Shown one piece after another: positions 19,842 through 31,014 of a stretch of DNA of 54,657 nt. The DNA is from Nanobdellota archaeon (GTDB lineage Archaea > Nanobdellota > Nanobdellia > PEZQ01). Position 1 is the stretch's first letter. Every line of letters begins with the position of its first letter. Under the pieces are notes generated by a model that was given only the letters and a program-made list of their open reading frames with translations, was not told where the DNA came from and made no database searches. The position numbers were made by a program, and so were the translations under genes. Location of the stretch: positions 1 through 54,657 of the forward strand of contig JAAOXS010000005.1 of NCBI GenBank assembly GCA_018220985.1, in the 5' to 3' direction.

Positions 19842-20339
19842 TTATATTTCTTTAATCATGAATTGCCCTGATTTTTTGAATCTGAATTTTTTTTGAAAAA
19901 CTTCCAAATTATTTTTGGTATAAGGCACTGCTTTTATGGTTTTAACTCCTTTTTCTTTCATTTCTTGAATTATTCTTGGCATTAATTTTGTTAATATTCC
20001 GCGTTGCAATAAAAAAGATGTTATGAAATCCAAGTAAGCTATGTTGCTATCATGAATAACGTAAGTGTAATGTCCGACAGGTAATGTTCCTTTTTCTGTT
20101 TCAACAAACATGATTCCTTTCACTATGTTTTCAATTACTGTTTCTCTAACATAATTTTGATCAAAGTCAATTTTTTGTTCGTCAAGTATCCAAGCGTATT
20201 CAGTTCTTTTTCCATATATTTTTTTGTAATTATCCATATCAGGATTATCATAGTACTTTTTAGAAATGTCATATAGTTCTTGAACGTTCATAGGTTCTTT
20301 CTTTTTACCATATAGGGGTAAGCATATTACGTCATCCAT
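19842..20339 (-). CDS. GNAT-like protein
   Basis: C-terminal QRGIL..L...FQKKFRF acetyl-CoA-binding-like pattern. Confidence 0.55.
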   Translation of the reverse strand: MDDVICLPLYGKKKEPMNVQELYDISKKYYDNPDMDNYKKIYGKRTEYAWILDEQKIDFDQNYVRETVIENIVKGIMFVETEKGTLPVGHYTYVIHDSNIAYLDFITSFLLQRGILTKLMPRIIQEMKEKGVKTIKAVPYTKNNLEVFQKKFRFKKSGQFMIKEI

Positions 20340-20419
20340 AAATTAACTCCATACAACAATAACCTTATATAATTACTCTTTTGTTTGAGTAAAATTTAAA
20401 TAATGTTTTGTTAATTTTT

Positions 20420-22555
20420 TCATAATTTCTTGTATCGTAACAATAATGAATTTGTCACTACACTAACAGAGCTTAGAGCCATTGCACCTCCAGCAATTAT
20501 AGGAGATAAAAGAACTCCAGTAAATGGGTAAATAATTCCAGCGGCTAAAGGTATTCCTAGTACATTGTACAATAATGCCCAGAACATGTTTTGTTTTATT
20601 TTTGCCATGGTTTGTTTGCTTAGTTTTATTGCTTTAACCACGTCTAATAAATCGTTTTTCATTATTACAATGTTACCTGTTTCCATTGCAACATCTGTTC
20701 CAGAACCCATTGCAATACCTATATCAGCTTGAGCTAGTGCTGGCGCGTCATTGATTCCATCACCCACCATCATAACAATTCCTTTTTCTTGTAATTTTTT
20801 GACGTGGTCTGATTTTCCTTTAGGCATTACTTTTGCAAAGAAATGCTTTATTCCAACTTGTTTTGTTATTGTTTTCGCTGTTTGCTCATTATCTCCCGTC
20901 ATCATGTACACAGTTATCCCAAGTTTTTGCATTTCTTGAACTGCTTGTTTCGAAGTGTCTTTTACACTGTCCGCCACAGAGATTATTCCTAAAACCTTCT
21001 TGTTTTGTAGTAAGGATATTACTGTTTTACCTTGTTTTTCTAAATTCTGGATTTGTTCATTATCATCATTGATATTACCCAAAAAGTATTGCTTTCCATT
21101 AATAATTGCTTTTACCCCTTTTCCTTGAATTGCTTGGAATTTTTTTGGTTTGAATAATTTTAATTTTTTCTTTTTAGCTTTTTTAACTATTGTTCTAGCA
21201 ATAGGGTGTTCGGATAATTGTTCAATACTCGCCGCTAATTGTAATACATCATTTTTCGAAAGTTTTTGAAACGGGATTAAATCAGTTACTTCAGGCTGTC
21301 CTTTTGTTATTGTTCCAGTTTTATCCAGCACGACAAACTTTGTTTTATGAGCTGTTTCTAACGCGTCGCCCCCTTTTATTAAAATCCCATTCCTAGCACC
21401 TTTGCCCGTGCCCACCATTATAGCTGTTGGCGTTGCAAGGCCTAATGCGCAAGGGCATGCAATTACTAAAACGGAAATTGAAGTCATAAGCGCGAAAGAA
21501 AAATTTTCACCAAAAATGTTCCAAGTTAAAAAAGTTAGAAATGATATTAATAAAATCACTGGAACAAAGTATGCTGACACTTTATCAGCGAATCTTTGTA
21601 TAGGTGCTTTTCGCGTTTGAGCTTCTTCCACAATTCTAATTATTTGTGCTAATGTTGTGTTCTCTCCAATTCTTGTTACTTTAAAAGTGAAACTGCCTGT
21701 TTCATTTATTGTTCCACCAATTATTTTATCATTTCTTTTTTTTTCAATAGGCATGCTTTCCCCTGTTATCATGCTCTCATCAACAAATGATTGTCCTTGA
21801 ATTATTTTTCCGTCAACTGGAATTCTTTCACCAGGTCGAACGAGTATTATATCATTTATTTTTACATTGTCTATTTTTATTTTAATTTCCTTTTCGCCAC
21901 GCAATACTGTTGCAGTCTTTGGGGATAAATTCATTAGTTTTTTTATTGCATTTGAAGTGTTTCCTTTCGCAATTGATTCTAAAAGTTTTCCCATTACTAC
22001 AAGCGTTATTAGAATTGTTGAAGTTTCAAAATACTGTCCTATTGTTGGATTAAACATTGTTGTGTAAATGCTAAACGTGTAAGCAGCGCTCGTACCCATA
22101 ACTATCAACGTGTCCATGTTTGCAGTTTTGTTTTTTAAAGCAGACCACGCACCTTTGTAAAACCGCCAGCCAACTATGAATTGAACAGGTGTTGCTAACA
22201 CCCATAAAATGTAATCTGAGTAGGGTACTGTTATTTTTAACCACATGAAAATCATTCCAATAATGAGTGAAGGTATTGCAAAAACCAAGCTGATAAAAAA
22301 TAGTTTTTTCAGGTTTTGAATTTCTTTTTTTTCATGGTTGAAAGATATTTCTGTTTCAACACCGTAGCCTGAATTCTTAATTATGTTTATTAGTTCGTTC
22401 TCAGTTACTAATTTTTCATGAGTTATTGTTGCTTTTGCTGTTGATAAATTAACATTTGCTTCAACAACACCTTCTTTTTTTGTTAACGCTTTGTTCACAA
22501 GTGTAACGCAACTAGCACAGTGCATTCCAGTTATTTGCAAAGTCGTTTTTTTCAT
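20420..22555 (-). CDS. copA: Cu(I)-translocating P1B ATPase
   Basis: [29 protein letters not shown]...MALSS motifs. Confidence 0.96.
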   Translation of the reverse strand: MKKTTLQITGMHCASCVTLVNKALTKKEGVVEANVNLSTAKATITHEKLVTENELINIIKNSGYGVETEISFNHEKKEIQNLKKLFFISLVFAIPSLIIGMIFMWLKITVPYSDYILWVLATPVQFIVGWRFYKGAWSALKNKTANMDTLIVMGTSAAYTFSIYTTMFNPTIGQYFETSTILITLVVMGKLLESIAKGNTSNAIKKLMNLSPKTATVLRGEKEIKIKIDNVKINDIILVRPGERIPVDGKIIQGQSFVDESMITGESMPIEKKRNDKIIGGTINETGSFTFKVTRIGENTTLAQIIRIVEEAQTRKAPIQRFADKVSAYFVPVILLISFLTFLTWNIFGENFSFALMTSISVLVIACPCALGLATPTAIMVGTGKGARNGILIKGGDALETAHKTKFVVLDKTGTITKGQPEVTDLIPFQKLSKNDVLQLAASIEQLSEHPIARTIVKKAKKKKLKLFKPKKFQAIQGKGVKAIINGKQYFLGNINDDNEQIQNLEKQGKTVISLLQNKKVLGIISVADSVKDTSKQAVQEMQKLGITVYMMTGDNEQTAKTITKQVGIKHFFAKVMPKGKSDHVKKLQEKGIVMMVGDGINDAPALAQADIGIAMGSGTDVAMETGNIVIMKNDLLDVVKAIKLSKQTMAKIKQNMFWALLYNVLGIPLAAGIIYPFTGVLLSPIIAGGAMALSSVSVVTNSLLLRYKKL

Positions 22556-22680
22556 ATTTTTTGTTTAGTTTTTTGTAAGCAAGAGTAACAGCATACGTTT
22601 ATCACGATTTCTTTATCATTACAATAATCACATTCGCAAGATATATTACTCATATCTCCACTGCAAATTTTGCATTCCAT
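22552..22680 (-). CDS. Cys-rich 42-aa peptide (8 Cys)
   Basis: [42 protein letters not shown]; stop codon overlaps the copA ATG (ATGA). Confidence 0.65.
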   Translation of the reverse strand: MECKICSGDMSNISCECDYCNDKEIVINVCCYSCLQKTKQKI

Positions 22681-22701
22681 TTTTCATCATCTCATTTTTT
22701 T

Positions 22702-23610
22702 TTATTTTGCGAGTTCTTCATCAATTACGTTTTTGAAAACTTCAAAAGGTTGTGCACCTGTAACTAGTATTCCATTAATAAAAAACGCAGGTGTTCCACT
22801 AACACCGTAACTTTGCCCGTCACTAAGGTCGTTCTGAACTTCAGATTCATATTTACCAGTGTCTAAACAATCATTGAACGTGTCAGTGTTTAATCCCAAA
22901 TCTGAAGCGTACTGTTTGAAGGATGTTACGCCACCACTAACACCTTCTTCAAATAATTTGTCATGCATTTCCCAGAAATTACCTTGTTCGTTAGCGCACT
23001 CTGCGGCTTCAGATGCTTTCTGAGCGTTAGCATGAAATCCTAAGGGGAAGTCTCTAAACACTAGTTTTACTTTTCCAGTATCAACGTATTCTCTTTGTAT
23101 GTCAGGCAAGGTTTGAGCGTAAAATCTCGCGCAGAAAGGGCATTCAAAATCGCTGAATTCTATTATTGTTACAGGTGCATTCTCATCTCCTTTAACAGCG
23201 TCATCATCAGCGCTGACACTTATTCGCGTAGTTTCAGGTTGCTCTACTTGTTGAGGTTGTGTTTGTGTTTGAGGAGGGTTATCTAAATCAACAGCGTTAA
23301 TGAAAAGTAGTTTTCCATCATTAGAAACATAACTGTCCATTTCTTGATTATTTATTTCAATTTTTATTTTATACAAATTACTTTCCTCAGTTTTATCTAT
23401 TAATTCTGCAGTAGTTCCTTGTTCTAATAAATTATTATTTATTATGTTTAATGCTTTTATTGATGCTTCATCTATTGAAATCATGCTTCCAGTCAAGCCG
23501 TTTAAGTTAGTATTCATTAAATTGTTATATAATGAAAAGATTAGCAATATTCCAAGAGTTCCTGATAATATTTTCCAGTAGTCTTCTTTTTTTATTTTTT
23601 TTAATTTCAT
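22702..23610 (-). CDS. DsbA-family thiol:disulfide oxidoreductase, membrane-anchored
   Basis: FSDFECPFC, RDFPL, GVSGTP motifs; start at MKLKK overlaps the upstream stop. Confidence 0.9.
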   Translation of the reverse strand: MKLKKIKKEDYWKILSGTLGILLIFSLYNNLMNTNLNGLTGSMISIDEASIKALNIINNNLLEQGTTAELIDKTEESNLYKIKIEINNQEMDSYVSNDGKLLFINAVDLDNPPQTQTQPQQVEQPETTRISVSADDDAVKGDENAPVTIIEFSDFECPFCARFYAQTLPDIQREYVDTGKVKLVFRDFPLGFHANAQKASEAAECANEQGNFWEMHDKLFEEGVSGGVTSFKQYASDLGLNTDTFNDCLDTGKYESEVQNDLSDGQSYGVSGTPAFFINGILVTGAQPFEVFKNVIDEELAK

Positions 23611-25052
23611 ATTCCACATCCGCAACTTCCACCGGTAGCAGCACCGCAAGTTGAGCTTCCACAACTTCCTCCGCAAGAGCTACTAGTTTGAACAGGTATT
23701 TTTGATAATTCTTGTTGCATTTCTTGTTCGTTTCCAATTTCTTCTTTTACTAAAAAAGTTCCAGGTATCATTCCCATCCAACAACTCCAAGGAATAACTC
23801 CTTCATTTTCTGGTGTGAACTCTATTATTTGTTCACCTTTATTAATGTCAAAATTTAATCCTAATTTAGGCACTTGGATTGCATTATTACATCCATTAAT
23901 ACTTATGCCGTTAATAATCCACTTAACAGGAATTCCTTTTTTTAATACGAAACTATCAGGTTCCCACCCGTAACGGGTTACGTTCATTCTTATTTCCTGA
24001 TAATCTTCATTAAAAGTTGCTAAACCTGTTAAAGTATTTGAATTCATTGAAGCTGTGATACTATTCAAATCTAGTCCCACACCTGTTAATGCAAGTCCGC
24101 GATTTATCATTATCACGCCTAACACGAGAACCACTACTCCTGAAGCTTTTAGAATCCTGTGCGTTGAATTTTTTGAAATGTATGATGTAAAATAACCGAA
24201 TCCGAGTAATACTGGAAGAGTTCCTATTCCAAATGCGAAAAGAGATAATGCTCCTTGAATTACGCTTCCAGTTCCAGCCGCAAACACGTACATTGCTTGA
24301 AGAGGTCCGCACGCTATCATCAAGCCGTTCAAGAGCCCTATTACAAAGGGGCTTCTTGTTTTAACGGCTTGTGAATTAATTTTTTTGAGGACTTTGGGGA
24401 GGGGTATTCTTATTCTTCGGAGTGATGGGAAAATGTTTAGAGTGTTTAGTCCGAAAATTATTAAGAATCCTCCTGCAAGAATTGCAGCCATTCCACGAAG
24501 AGCTGGTGTGAAGACTATTATTGAGCCGATTAGTCCGAATAATGCGCCAATTATTGTATAGCTTATTGTTTTTCCTATACCATACTTCAAGTGGTTTTTC
24601 TTATCCGCATTATTATAACTCATTATAAACCCACCACACATACCTATGCAGTGGAATCCTGTTAGCAGTCCTGTTAAAAAAAGAAGCATTATTGATGTAC
24701 TTTGAGTTAATTCAGGTAGTTGGAAAAAATTGTTTGCTAAGGTGTATCCTCCAAATAGTATGAATAATAGTCCAAGAAGTAGTGTTGATGTTTTTAGTGT
24801 TTTAGTGTTTATTCTAAAACCTTGTTTTTCTTCATTGTTTTGTTCGCACGCAGTGTACCCTGCTTGTTCTATTTTAGTTATTATTTTTTTAAAACTCGTT
24901 TTTTGCTCGTCGTATTTTACTGTTCCTTTTTGTGTTACGTAATCAATATTAATATTTTGTATTCCATCAAGTTCGTTCACTGCTTGTTCTATTATTTTTT
25001 TACAACTATTACAGTGCATGCCTTCAACTTGAATTTTTTTTGATAGTGTCAT
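23607..25052 (-). CDS. HMA + DsbD_2/TauE-like TM + cupredoxin-like fusion with Cys/Gly tail
   Basis: GMHCNSC, HCIGMCGG, ACGPLQ, WSCWMGM, C-terminal SCGGSCGSSTCGAATGGSCGCG. Confidence 0.88.
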   Translation of the reverse strand: MTLSKKIQVEGMHCNSCKKIIEQAVNELDGIQNINIDYVTQKGTVKYDEQKTSFKKIITKIEQAGYTACEQNNEEKQGFRINTKTLKTSTLLLGLLFILFGGYTLANNFFQLPELTQSTSIMLLFLTGLLTGFHCIGMCGGFIMSYNNADKKNHLKYGIGKTISYTIIGALFGLIGSIIVFTPALRGMAAILAGGFLIIFGLNTLNIFPSLRRIRIPLPKVLKKINSQAVKTRSPFVIGLLNGLMIACGPLQAMYVFAAGTGSVIQGALSLFAFGIGTLPVLLGFGYFTSYISKNSTHRILKASGVVVLVLGVIMINRGLALTGVGLDLNSITASMNSNTLTGLATFNEDYQEIRMNVTRYGWEPDSFVLKKGIPVKWIINGISINGCNNAIQVPKLGLNFDINKGEQIIEFTPENEGVIPWSCWMGMIPGTFLVKEEIGNEQEMQQELSKIPVQTSSSCGGSCGSSTCGAATGGSCGCGI

Positions 25053-25249
25053 TTTAGTTTATAACCTTCACGTTCCATTATTTGTTTTATTTTGTTTAAA
25101 CTAATTTTTGTATTATCATATTCAATACTCACTCGTCCATTTTTATAGGATATATTATTCACAAGTATTTCTTCATCTTCTAATACTAAAGTTATTAGTT
25201 TTTCACAAGCATTACAGTGCATTCCTTCAACAGTTATTGTTTGTTTCAT
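25049..25249 (-). CDS. CopZ-like copper chaperone (HMA)
   Basis: GMHCNAC motif in a 66-aa protein. Confidence 0.88.
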   Translation of the reverse strand: MKQTITVEGMHCNACEKLITLVLEDEEILVNNISYKNGRVSIEYDNTKISLNKIKQIMEREGYKLK

Positions 25250-25705
25250 TTAGAACACACCTTTCATCGTGTATAAATTGCTTTCTTTAATTATTATGTT
25301 TTCACTGTCAATTTCGTGCTCTAAATATGTTGGCCAGCATCCGCCACCTGCAAGATTTTTTGTTCCTAAACTATTTATTGAAAAGTGTCTTCCGCAGTTG
25401 TTGCAAACCATGTCTGTTCCTTCCTGCCTGTATCCTTTGTAGCCACCACAAACATCGCACGCGTCAAAAGCTGTTCTAATAATTCCATCAGAACCTTTAA
25501 CTGCGAAAAATTTTACTGTTTTGCCATTCGCGTTATATTCATAAAATTTTGCTTGAGTGGTTATTTCACTAAGGGGTATTTTCATTTCTGAAAAAGAGTT
25601 TGCAAGGTTTACAATATTCCCACTTACTTGTGTTTTATCAGTAACGTTTGTACATCCTGAAAGCAATAATATCAGAGGGAATATTAGTAGTGTTTTGGTT
25701 TTCAT
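25250..25705 (-). CDS. DUF2318-like Fe-S/metal-binding lipoprotein
   Basis: LLSGC lipobox, DACDVC, VCNNCG, GGCWP. Confidence 0.8.
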   Translation of the reverse strand: MKTKTLLIFPLILLLSGCTNVTDKTQVSGNIVNLANSFSEMKIPLSEITTQAKFYEYNANGKTVKFFAVKGSDGIIRTAFDACDVCGGYKGYRQEGTDMVCNNCGRHFSINSLGTKNLAGGGCWPTYLEHEIDSENIIIKESNLYTMKGVF

Positions 25706-25756
25706 GTAAATTTTTTGGTTCTGAAACTGTTTATAATATTAATTATGAAACTAGTT

Positions 25757-26233
25757 TCATTTAAGAACTACAAGGTTTGTCATTCCTCTTCTTTTGCGTT
25801 CAATTATTTTTTTGTTTTCTAATTTGTCAAGGATTCGTGTAATTTTTACTTTTGAGTGTTCTGTTTTATTCACTAAATCTGATTGATAAATTGTGCCTTC
25901 GCTTTCTTTAATTAATTTATATATTTCTTGTTCTTCTTCTGTTAGTTCTTTTGGTTCTTTGAATTTTTTAGTTTTTAATTTTGGTTTATTATACTCGTAT
26001 AACACGTAAGCTCCTGTTGCAATAATTATTAGTCCTATTATTATTCCAAAATAGTATGTTGAGTAATCCTTATCAGTGTGTAGACAATAATTGTTTTCAA
26101 GTATGCATGAATTATTATTAGCTTTGATTAATTCATTTGTCAAGAAGTCTTCACTTGTTTTAAAGTTTAAAGTGGTAAAAAGTGATGCTAATCCTAGTAA
26201 GATTATTGATATTGCTAAAACTTTTTGATTCAT
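25757..26233 (-). CDS. Membrane-anchored winged-HTH regulator
   Basis: Two TM helices with C..C.H loop, then IYQSDLV...SKVKITRILDKLE.K.IIERKRRGMTN. Confidence 0.8.
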   Translation of the reverse strand: MNQKVLAISIILLGLASLFTTLNFKTSEDFLTNELIKANNNSCILENNYCLHTDKDYSTYYFGIIIGLIIIATGAYVLYEYNKPKLKTKKFKEPKELTEEEQEIYKLIKESEGTIYQSDLVNKTEHSKVKITRILDKLENKKIIERKRRGMTNLVVLK

Positions 26234-26438
26234 TATTTACTATGTGTTATTGCATGATTTAATAACTTTTTTAATATGGCAGTAAACCTTATAAATGATT
26301 ATTATTTGAATTTTGTTTGATGAATGAGTAGTTGAATCATTCGTTCTCTTTTTTGCGAGCGGATGGTTCTCATCGGAATCCATGCGCTTTCTGAGCCAAG
26401 CTTAGAGAGTAAGGACTCGCGCATTCATTTAATGATCT

Positions 26439-29400
26439 CGAGTCGTGCATACGAGTTGGATTTACCAGGTAGAATATAATATAATAAATATAACTTTGCT
26501 GTTAATTTTTAGTGGTAAAACGCCGTTTAGTGAATGGCTTGGCTTGAGAGCTGATGAAGGGCGTGGCAAGCTGCGATAAGCCCGGTGTAGCTGCATGCAA
26601 GCGTTGATACCGGGATTCCTTAATGCGACTTCGTGAACCTTAGGGTTCGCACCATTCAATTGGTGCAGGAACGCGGTGAATTGAAACATCTTAGTAACCG
26701 CAGGAAGAGAAAACAATTGTGATTCCGTAAATAAGGGTGACTGAAAGCGGACCAGGGCAAAATGAATCTGCAATAGTAATATTGTGGAAATGTGTGGTTT
26801 GGGCCGTGCTAAACATCCAAAAATCTAAGCTTAACTTCTCTGGAAAGAGAGACCTTAGAGGGTGATAGTCCCGTAAGCGCTCGATAATTGGTTGTGGCAT
26901 GGTTCCTGAGTAGCCAGGGTTGAAACTCCTTGGTGAACATGGGAGGCAACAACTCCCAACCCTAAACACTCCTCAAGACCGATAGCGTATTAGTACCGTG
27001 AGGGAAAGTTGAAAAGAACCCGTACAAGGGTGTGAAAAGAGCCTGAAACTAAGCGGCCACAGTAAGACGCGGCATTAAAGCGAAAATTTTACAGGATACT
27101 GTTTAGTTTTCTTGCGGTGTTGCGTCATCCGTTCCGGATAACGGAGCAGGGAGTTTGTGTAAGTGGCAAGACGAACCATCTTTACGTTGGTGTGTCGAAG
27201 CGAAAGCGAAATTGCCCGCAGCATGCGAGGGGCTGGGTGCGAATAGTGCCCGTAGTCACTTGTGCAAGACCCGAAGCGAGTTGATCTACGCCTGGCCAAG
27301 ATGAAGTCCCCTGTCAAGGGGGTGGAGGTCTGAAGAGGTACTGTGTACAAGCGTTCTTCTGAGCTGGGTGTAGGGGTGAAAAGCCAATCGTAACTCGCAA
27401 TAGCTGGTTCCTCGTGAAATAGGCCTTAGTCTAGTCTACGGTGAGATGGCTTGAGGGGTAGAGCGACTGATTTTATGCGACAGGGGTCATGAGACCTCGG
27501 TATGAAGTCAAACTCCGAATACTCAAGTATTTTAGACCCGTGGAAACGGTGCAGGGGGGTAAGCTCCTAGCACGAGAGGGGAACAACCCATACTATGGTT
27601 AAGGTCCCTAATTACTGGTCAAGTGTAAAAGGTAGAAGCGTATCCGACTCCTAAAACAGCCGGGAGGTAGGCTTAGAAGCAGCCATCCTCTAAGGAAAGC
27701 GTAATAGCTCACCGGTCTAGGGCTCGGGTCGTGAAAATGGACGGGACTAAGCCAGTAACCGATACCATAGAACACTCCGAAAGAGTGATTTAGTAACGAG
27801 GCGTCCCGCGCGAGCAGAAGCATGGTCGCAAGGTCATGTGGATCGCCCGGGAATGAGAATCCTGCTAACAGTAGCAGCAAAGCAAGGTGAGAATCCTTGT
27901 CGCCGAATGGGCCAGGGTTCCTCAGCACTGTTCGTCAGCTGAGGGTTAGTCGGTCCTAACGCCACCCTTAACTGGGCGTGGTGGAAGGGGAAACGCGTTG
28001 ATATTCGCGTACCACTATTGTACATGCGGTAACGCAAGCAGTACTGGGTGACACTTCCGGATAAGCCGAACACAGTCATCGCTGTGTCTAACAAGAATAA
28101 GCGTGTAGAGTCTCGTAATGAGGAGAAGCACGTTAAGCTTGGAATAGCCCGTGTATACGGGTTCGGTTGAGTCCTGGAGTCATTGAAAAACCCGTACTGA
28201 AGGATCAGTAGTGTCCGTACCCAGAACCGACACAGGTGCCCTAGCTGAGTAGGCTTAGGCGTGTAAGGGATAACTCGAGGTAAGGGAAATCGGCAAGTTA
28301 GCCCTGTATCTTTGGTATAAGGGGTCCCTGCGGTGGTGTTCGTATGAGCGCGATTGCAGGGGACACTAACAAGGCCGGCTGGACTGTTTAACAAAAACAT
28401 AACTGACTGCTAGCCATAAATGGTGTGTATAGTCAGCGAGTCGTGGCCACTGCCAGTATCTGAAAGCTTGTTTCAACGGGCCAAAGGACTGGTGTAGGCC
28501 GGAGGTATCCGTAACCTTCTTAAGGTAGCGTAATTCCTTGTCATTTAATTGGTGACGTGCATGATGGATTAACTAGGTCGGCGCTGTCCCTACCCGAGAC
28601 CTTGTGAATATTCTTTCCTGGTGTAGAGGCCAGGGACTTCCAGTGGGTTGCGAAGACCCCAGGAGCTTTACTGTAGTCTGTTGTTGCTGTACGCGTAGTG
28701 TTGTGTAGAGTAGGTGGGAGACGTCGATGGAGGGCAGAAATGTTTTCCGGAGTCATTGATGAAACACCACCCTTCACTGTTTGTACAGCTAACCTTTAGA
28801 GGGACAGCGATTGATGGGCAGTTTGGCTGGGGTGGTACGCCCGCGAAAAAATATCACGGGCGCCTAATGGTTACCTCATCCGGTTTAGAACTCCGGAGTT
28901 GAGTGCAATGGCAAAAGGTAGCCTTACCGGAAACCGAAAAATAAGGTTTGCGGTCTCGAAAGAGAGGCATAGCGATCCTCACTGCTCTTTTGTTGAGAGC
29001 GTGAGACGGCAGAAAAGTTACCCTGGGGATAACAGGCTTGTCGCGCTCGAGCGTTCATAGCGACGGCGCGGCTTGGTACCTCGATGTCGGCTCTTCCTAT
29101 CCTGGCGGTGCATAAGCTGCCAAGGGTGCAGGTGTCCACTGATTAAAAGGGATCGTGAGCTGGGTTCAGAACGTCGTGAGCCAGTTCTGTTGTTAACTAC
29201 TGGAAGCGTTTGGCGCTTGAGTGGAAGCAAGCATTAGTACGAGAGGAACATGCTTGCGTGGCCTCTGGTTTACCAGTCATCCGACAGGGTGCCGCTGGGC
29301 AGCTACGCCATAATTGGGATAAGAGCTGAAAGCATCTAAGCTCGAAGCCTTCCGCAAGACGAAGCGCCATTATTAGGTTCCCCGTAGAACACGGGTTTGA

Positions 29401-29530
29401 TAGAGTTGGGGTGTAAGCACCAAGGTAACGAGGTGTTCAGCCCGCGACCACTAAGAGACCGAACCGCTAAAATTTTATGGAAGCAAAGAATATCTCACTT
29501 GTAAATTTCCAACTCGTATTGCACGATTCG
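26439..29530 (+). repeat. 23S processing stem (flanking inverted repeats)
   Basis: CGAGTCGTGCATACGAGTTGGA (26439-26460) pairs with TCCAACTCGTATTGCACGATTCG (29508-29530). Confidence 0.85.
26508..29470 (+). rRNA. rrl: Archaeal 23S rRNA
   Basis: GAAACATCTTAGTA, GGGATAACAGGC, CTCGATGTCGGCTC and sarcin-ricin loop AGTACGAGAGGAAC; ends approximate. Confidence 0.97.
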
Positions 29531-29580
29531 TTATTATTTTTTTTTAAAAAAAATTGTTTAGTGAAAACGCTTTTTAAGTG

Positions 29581-29750
29581 TTATGAATTTTTAGAATAGA
29601 TTTTTTGTTAACCTTGTTTATATACTAAAATTGTGCGTGTATTAATTACCTACCTTGCTTCTTTTTTCTTTTTATTTTTTTAACACATTTTTTTTTAAAG
29701 TTTATGAATTTTTAAGTTGGATTTTTAGTTAAACTTGTTTAAATACGAAA
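29581..29750 (+). repeat. Imperfect 49-bp direct repeat (29581-29629 and 29702-29750)
   Basis: TTATGAATTTTTA...GATTTTT.GTTAA.CTTGTTTA.ATAC.AAA occurs twice, 121 bp apart. Confidence 0.75.
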
Positions 29751-29769
29751 GGTATTATTTAATATTATT

Positions 29770-30099
29770 ATGAGTGTTGGTTACGTTTCAGAGTCGGATT
29801 TTAGGTCGAAGCTGGTTAAGCTATTAGTTAAAAGTATTTGTGAAAATTCAATTTTTTCCAGTAATTCTTTTTCAATTAATTCAGGTTCTGATTTTGTTTC
29901 TGCCTGTTTAACAGGTAAGTATTATTTAGGAATTAAAGCTGGTAAAATTTTAAGATATCAAGTTAATGGTACTGAATTTTCTTCAAGTTTTCCTGAAAAT
30001 AAATTAAATAGTTTTGTAAAAGAGCATTCTGGTGTTATCACTGATGAATTAGAAAAATATTTTCATGAGAATCCTTTAATTGAAAGAGTTACGCATTAG
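29770..30099 (+). CDS. Hypothetical protein
   Basis: ORF about 32 nt downstream of a TATA-like TTTAAATA. Confidence 0.55.
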   Translation: MSVGYVSESDFRSKLVKLLVKSICENSIFSSNSFSINSGSDFVSACLTGKYYLGIKAGKILRYQVNGTEFSSSFPENKLNSFVKEHSGVITDELEKYFHENPLIERVTH

Positions 30100-30133
30100 G
30101 ATTTATATATAAAAAAATTATAGTAGTATATTT

Positions 30134-30610
30134 GTGAAACAATCATTAAAAACAGGTTTTAGTTTTGGATTAACATCAGGTATTATTACCACTCTGGGTT
30201 TAATGGTTGGGTTGTATTCCAGCACTGGTTCAAAACTTGTCGTGCTTAGTGGAATAATTACTATTGCTTTTGCTGACTCGTTATCTGACGCTCTTGGAAT
30301 TCACGTAAGTGAAGAGTCAAGGAAAAAGGTTAGTGGGAAACACGTTTGGACAGCTACGGTTTCAACTTTTGTTTCAAAGTTTGTTTTCGCAATATCATTC
30401 ATTCTTCCAGTAATTTTATTTGATTTATCACTCGCAATTGTTTTAAGTGTGGTGTATGGTTTAAGCTTGTTAAGCTTGTTAAGTTATTATATTGCAAGAA
30501 CTCAAAAAAAGAAACCTTGGAAAGTTATAATTGAGCACTTAGTGATTGGTGTTTGCGTTATGTTTTTGACGAATTTTGTTGGTTTGTTTGTTAAAACAAT
30601 TTTTGGTTAA
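30134..30610 (+). CDS. VIT1/CCC1-family membrane protein
   Basis: FGLTSGIITTLGLMVG...ADSLSDALGIHVSEE. Confidence 0.8.
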   Translation: MKQSLKTGFSFGLTSGIITTLGLMVGLYSSTGSKLVVLSGIITIAFADSLSDALGIHVSEESRKKVSGKHVWTATVSTFVSKFVFAISFILPVILFDLSLAIVLSVVYGLSLLSLLSYYIARTQKKKPWKVIIEHLVIGVCVMFLTNFVGLFVKTIFG

Positions 30611-30933
30611 GGTTTTTTTTCTGTTCCTTGTCCTGAACCCGCGATTTTACCTTCCTCTTCTTCTTTTCCTATTTTCAAAATTTTTTCAATGAATTCTTTA
30701 AGTTTTATTTCGTATTTTTCGTAAATGAATTGTGCCAAGTATAGTAAAATTATTGTTATAATAGCCCAAAATAGTGATAAAATCATTGAAATAATAATTG
30801 TGCTAAACGGTGCTAAGAATAAATTCGCGTCGTACAATACATTCATGAAAAAAGCTGCCATAGCTCCTGAGAGAACACTAACGGATATTAGAAATATTTC
30901 TCTTAGAAAGAATTTTCTGTCTGGTAAGAACAT
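30607..30933 (-). CDS. Hypothetical membrane protein
   Basis: Two TM segments with a charged tail. Confidence 0.6.
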   Translation of the reverse strand: MFLPDRKFFLREIFLISVSVLSGAMAAFFMNVLYDANLFLAPFSTIIISMILSLFWAIITIILLYLAQFIYEKYEIKLKEFIEKILKIGKEEEEGKIAGSGQGTEKKP

Positions 30934-31014
30934 TTCAAAATTTAGACGGTTTTTCTAACTTAAAAAAGTATCATCCAAAAAGTATATTACGCATTGTAGG
31001 TTAAATAATTATTA

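Noticed and set aside
23611-23676. Extended N-terminus of the DsbA ORF
   Set aside because: Overlaps the upstream gene's Cys tail; the ATGA-coupled start at 23610 is more plausible
26462-29230. ORFs inside 23S, e.g. homing endonucleases
   Set aside because: No LAGLIDADG or HNH motifs; 23S length of about 2.96 kb is normal
29471-29770. 5S rRNA or CRISPR array after 23S
   Set aside because: AT-rich with no 5S motifs; only two degenerate repeat copies, no repeat-spacer periodicity and no cas genes
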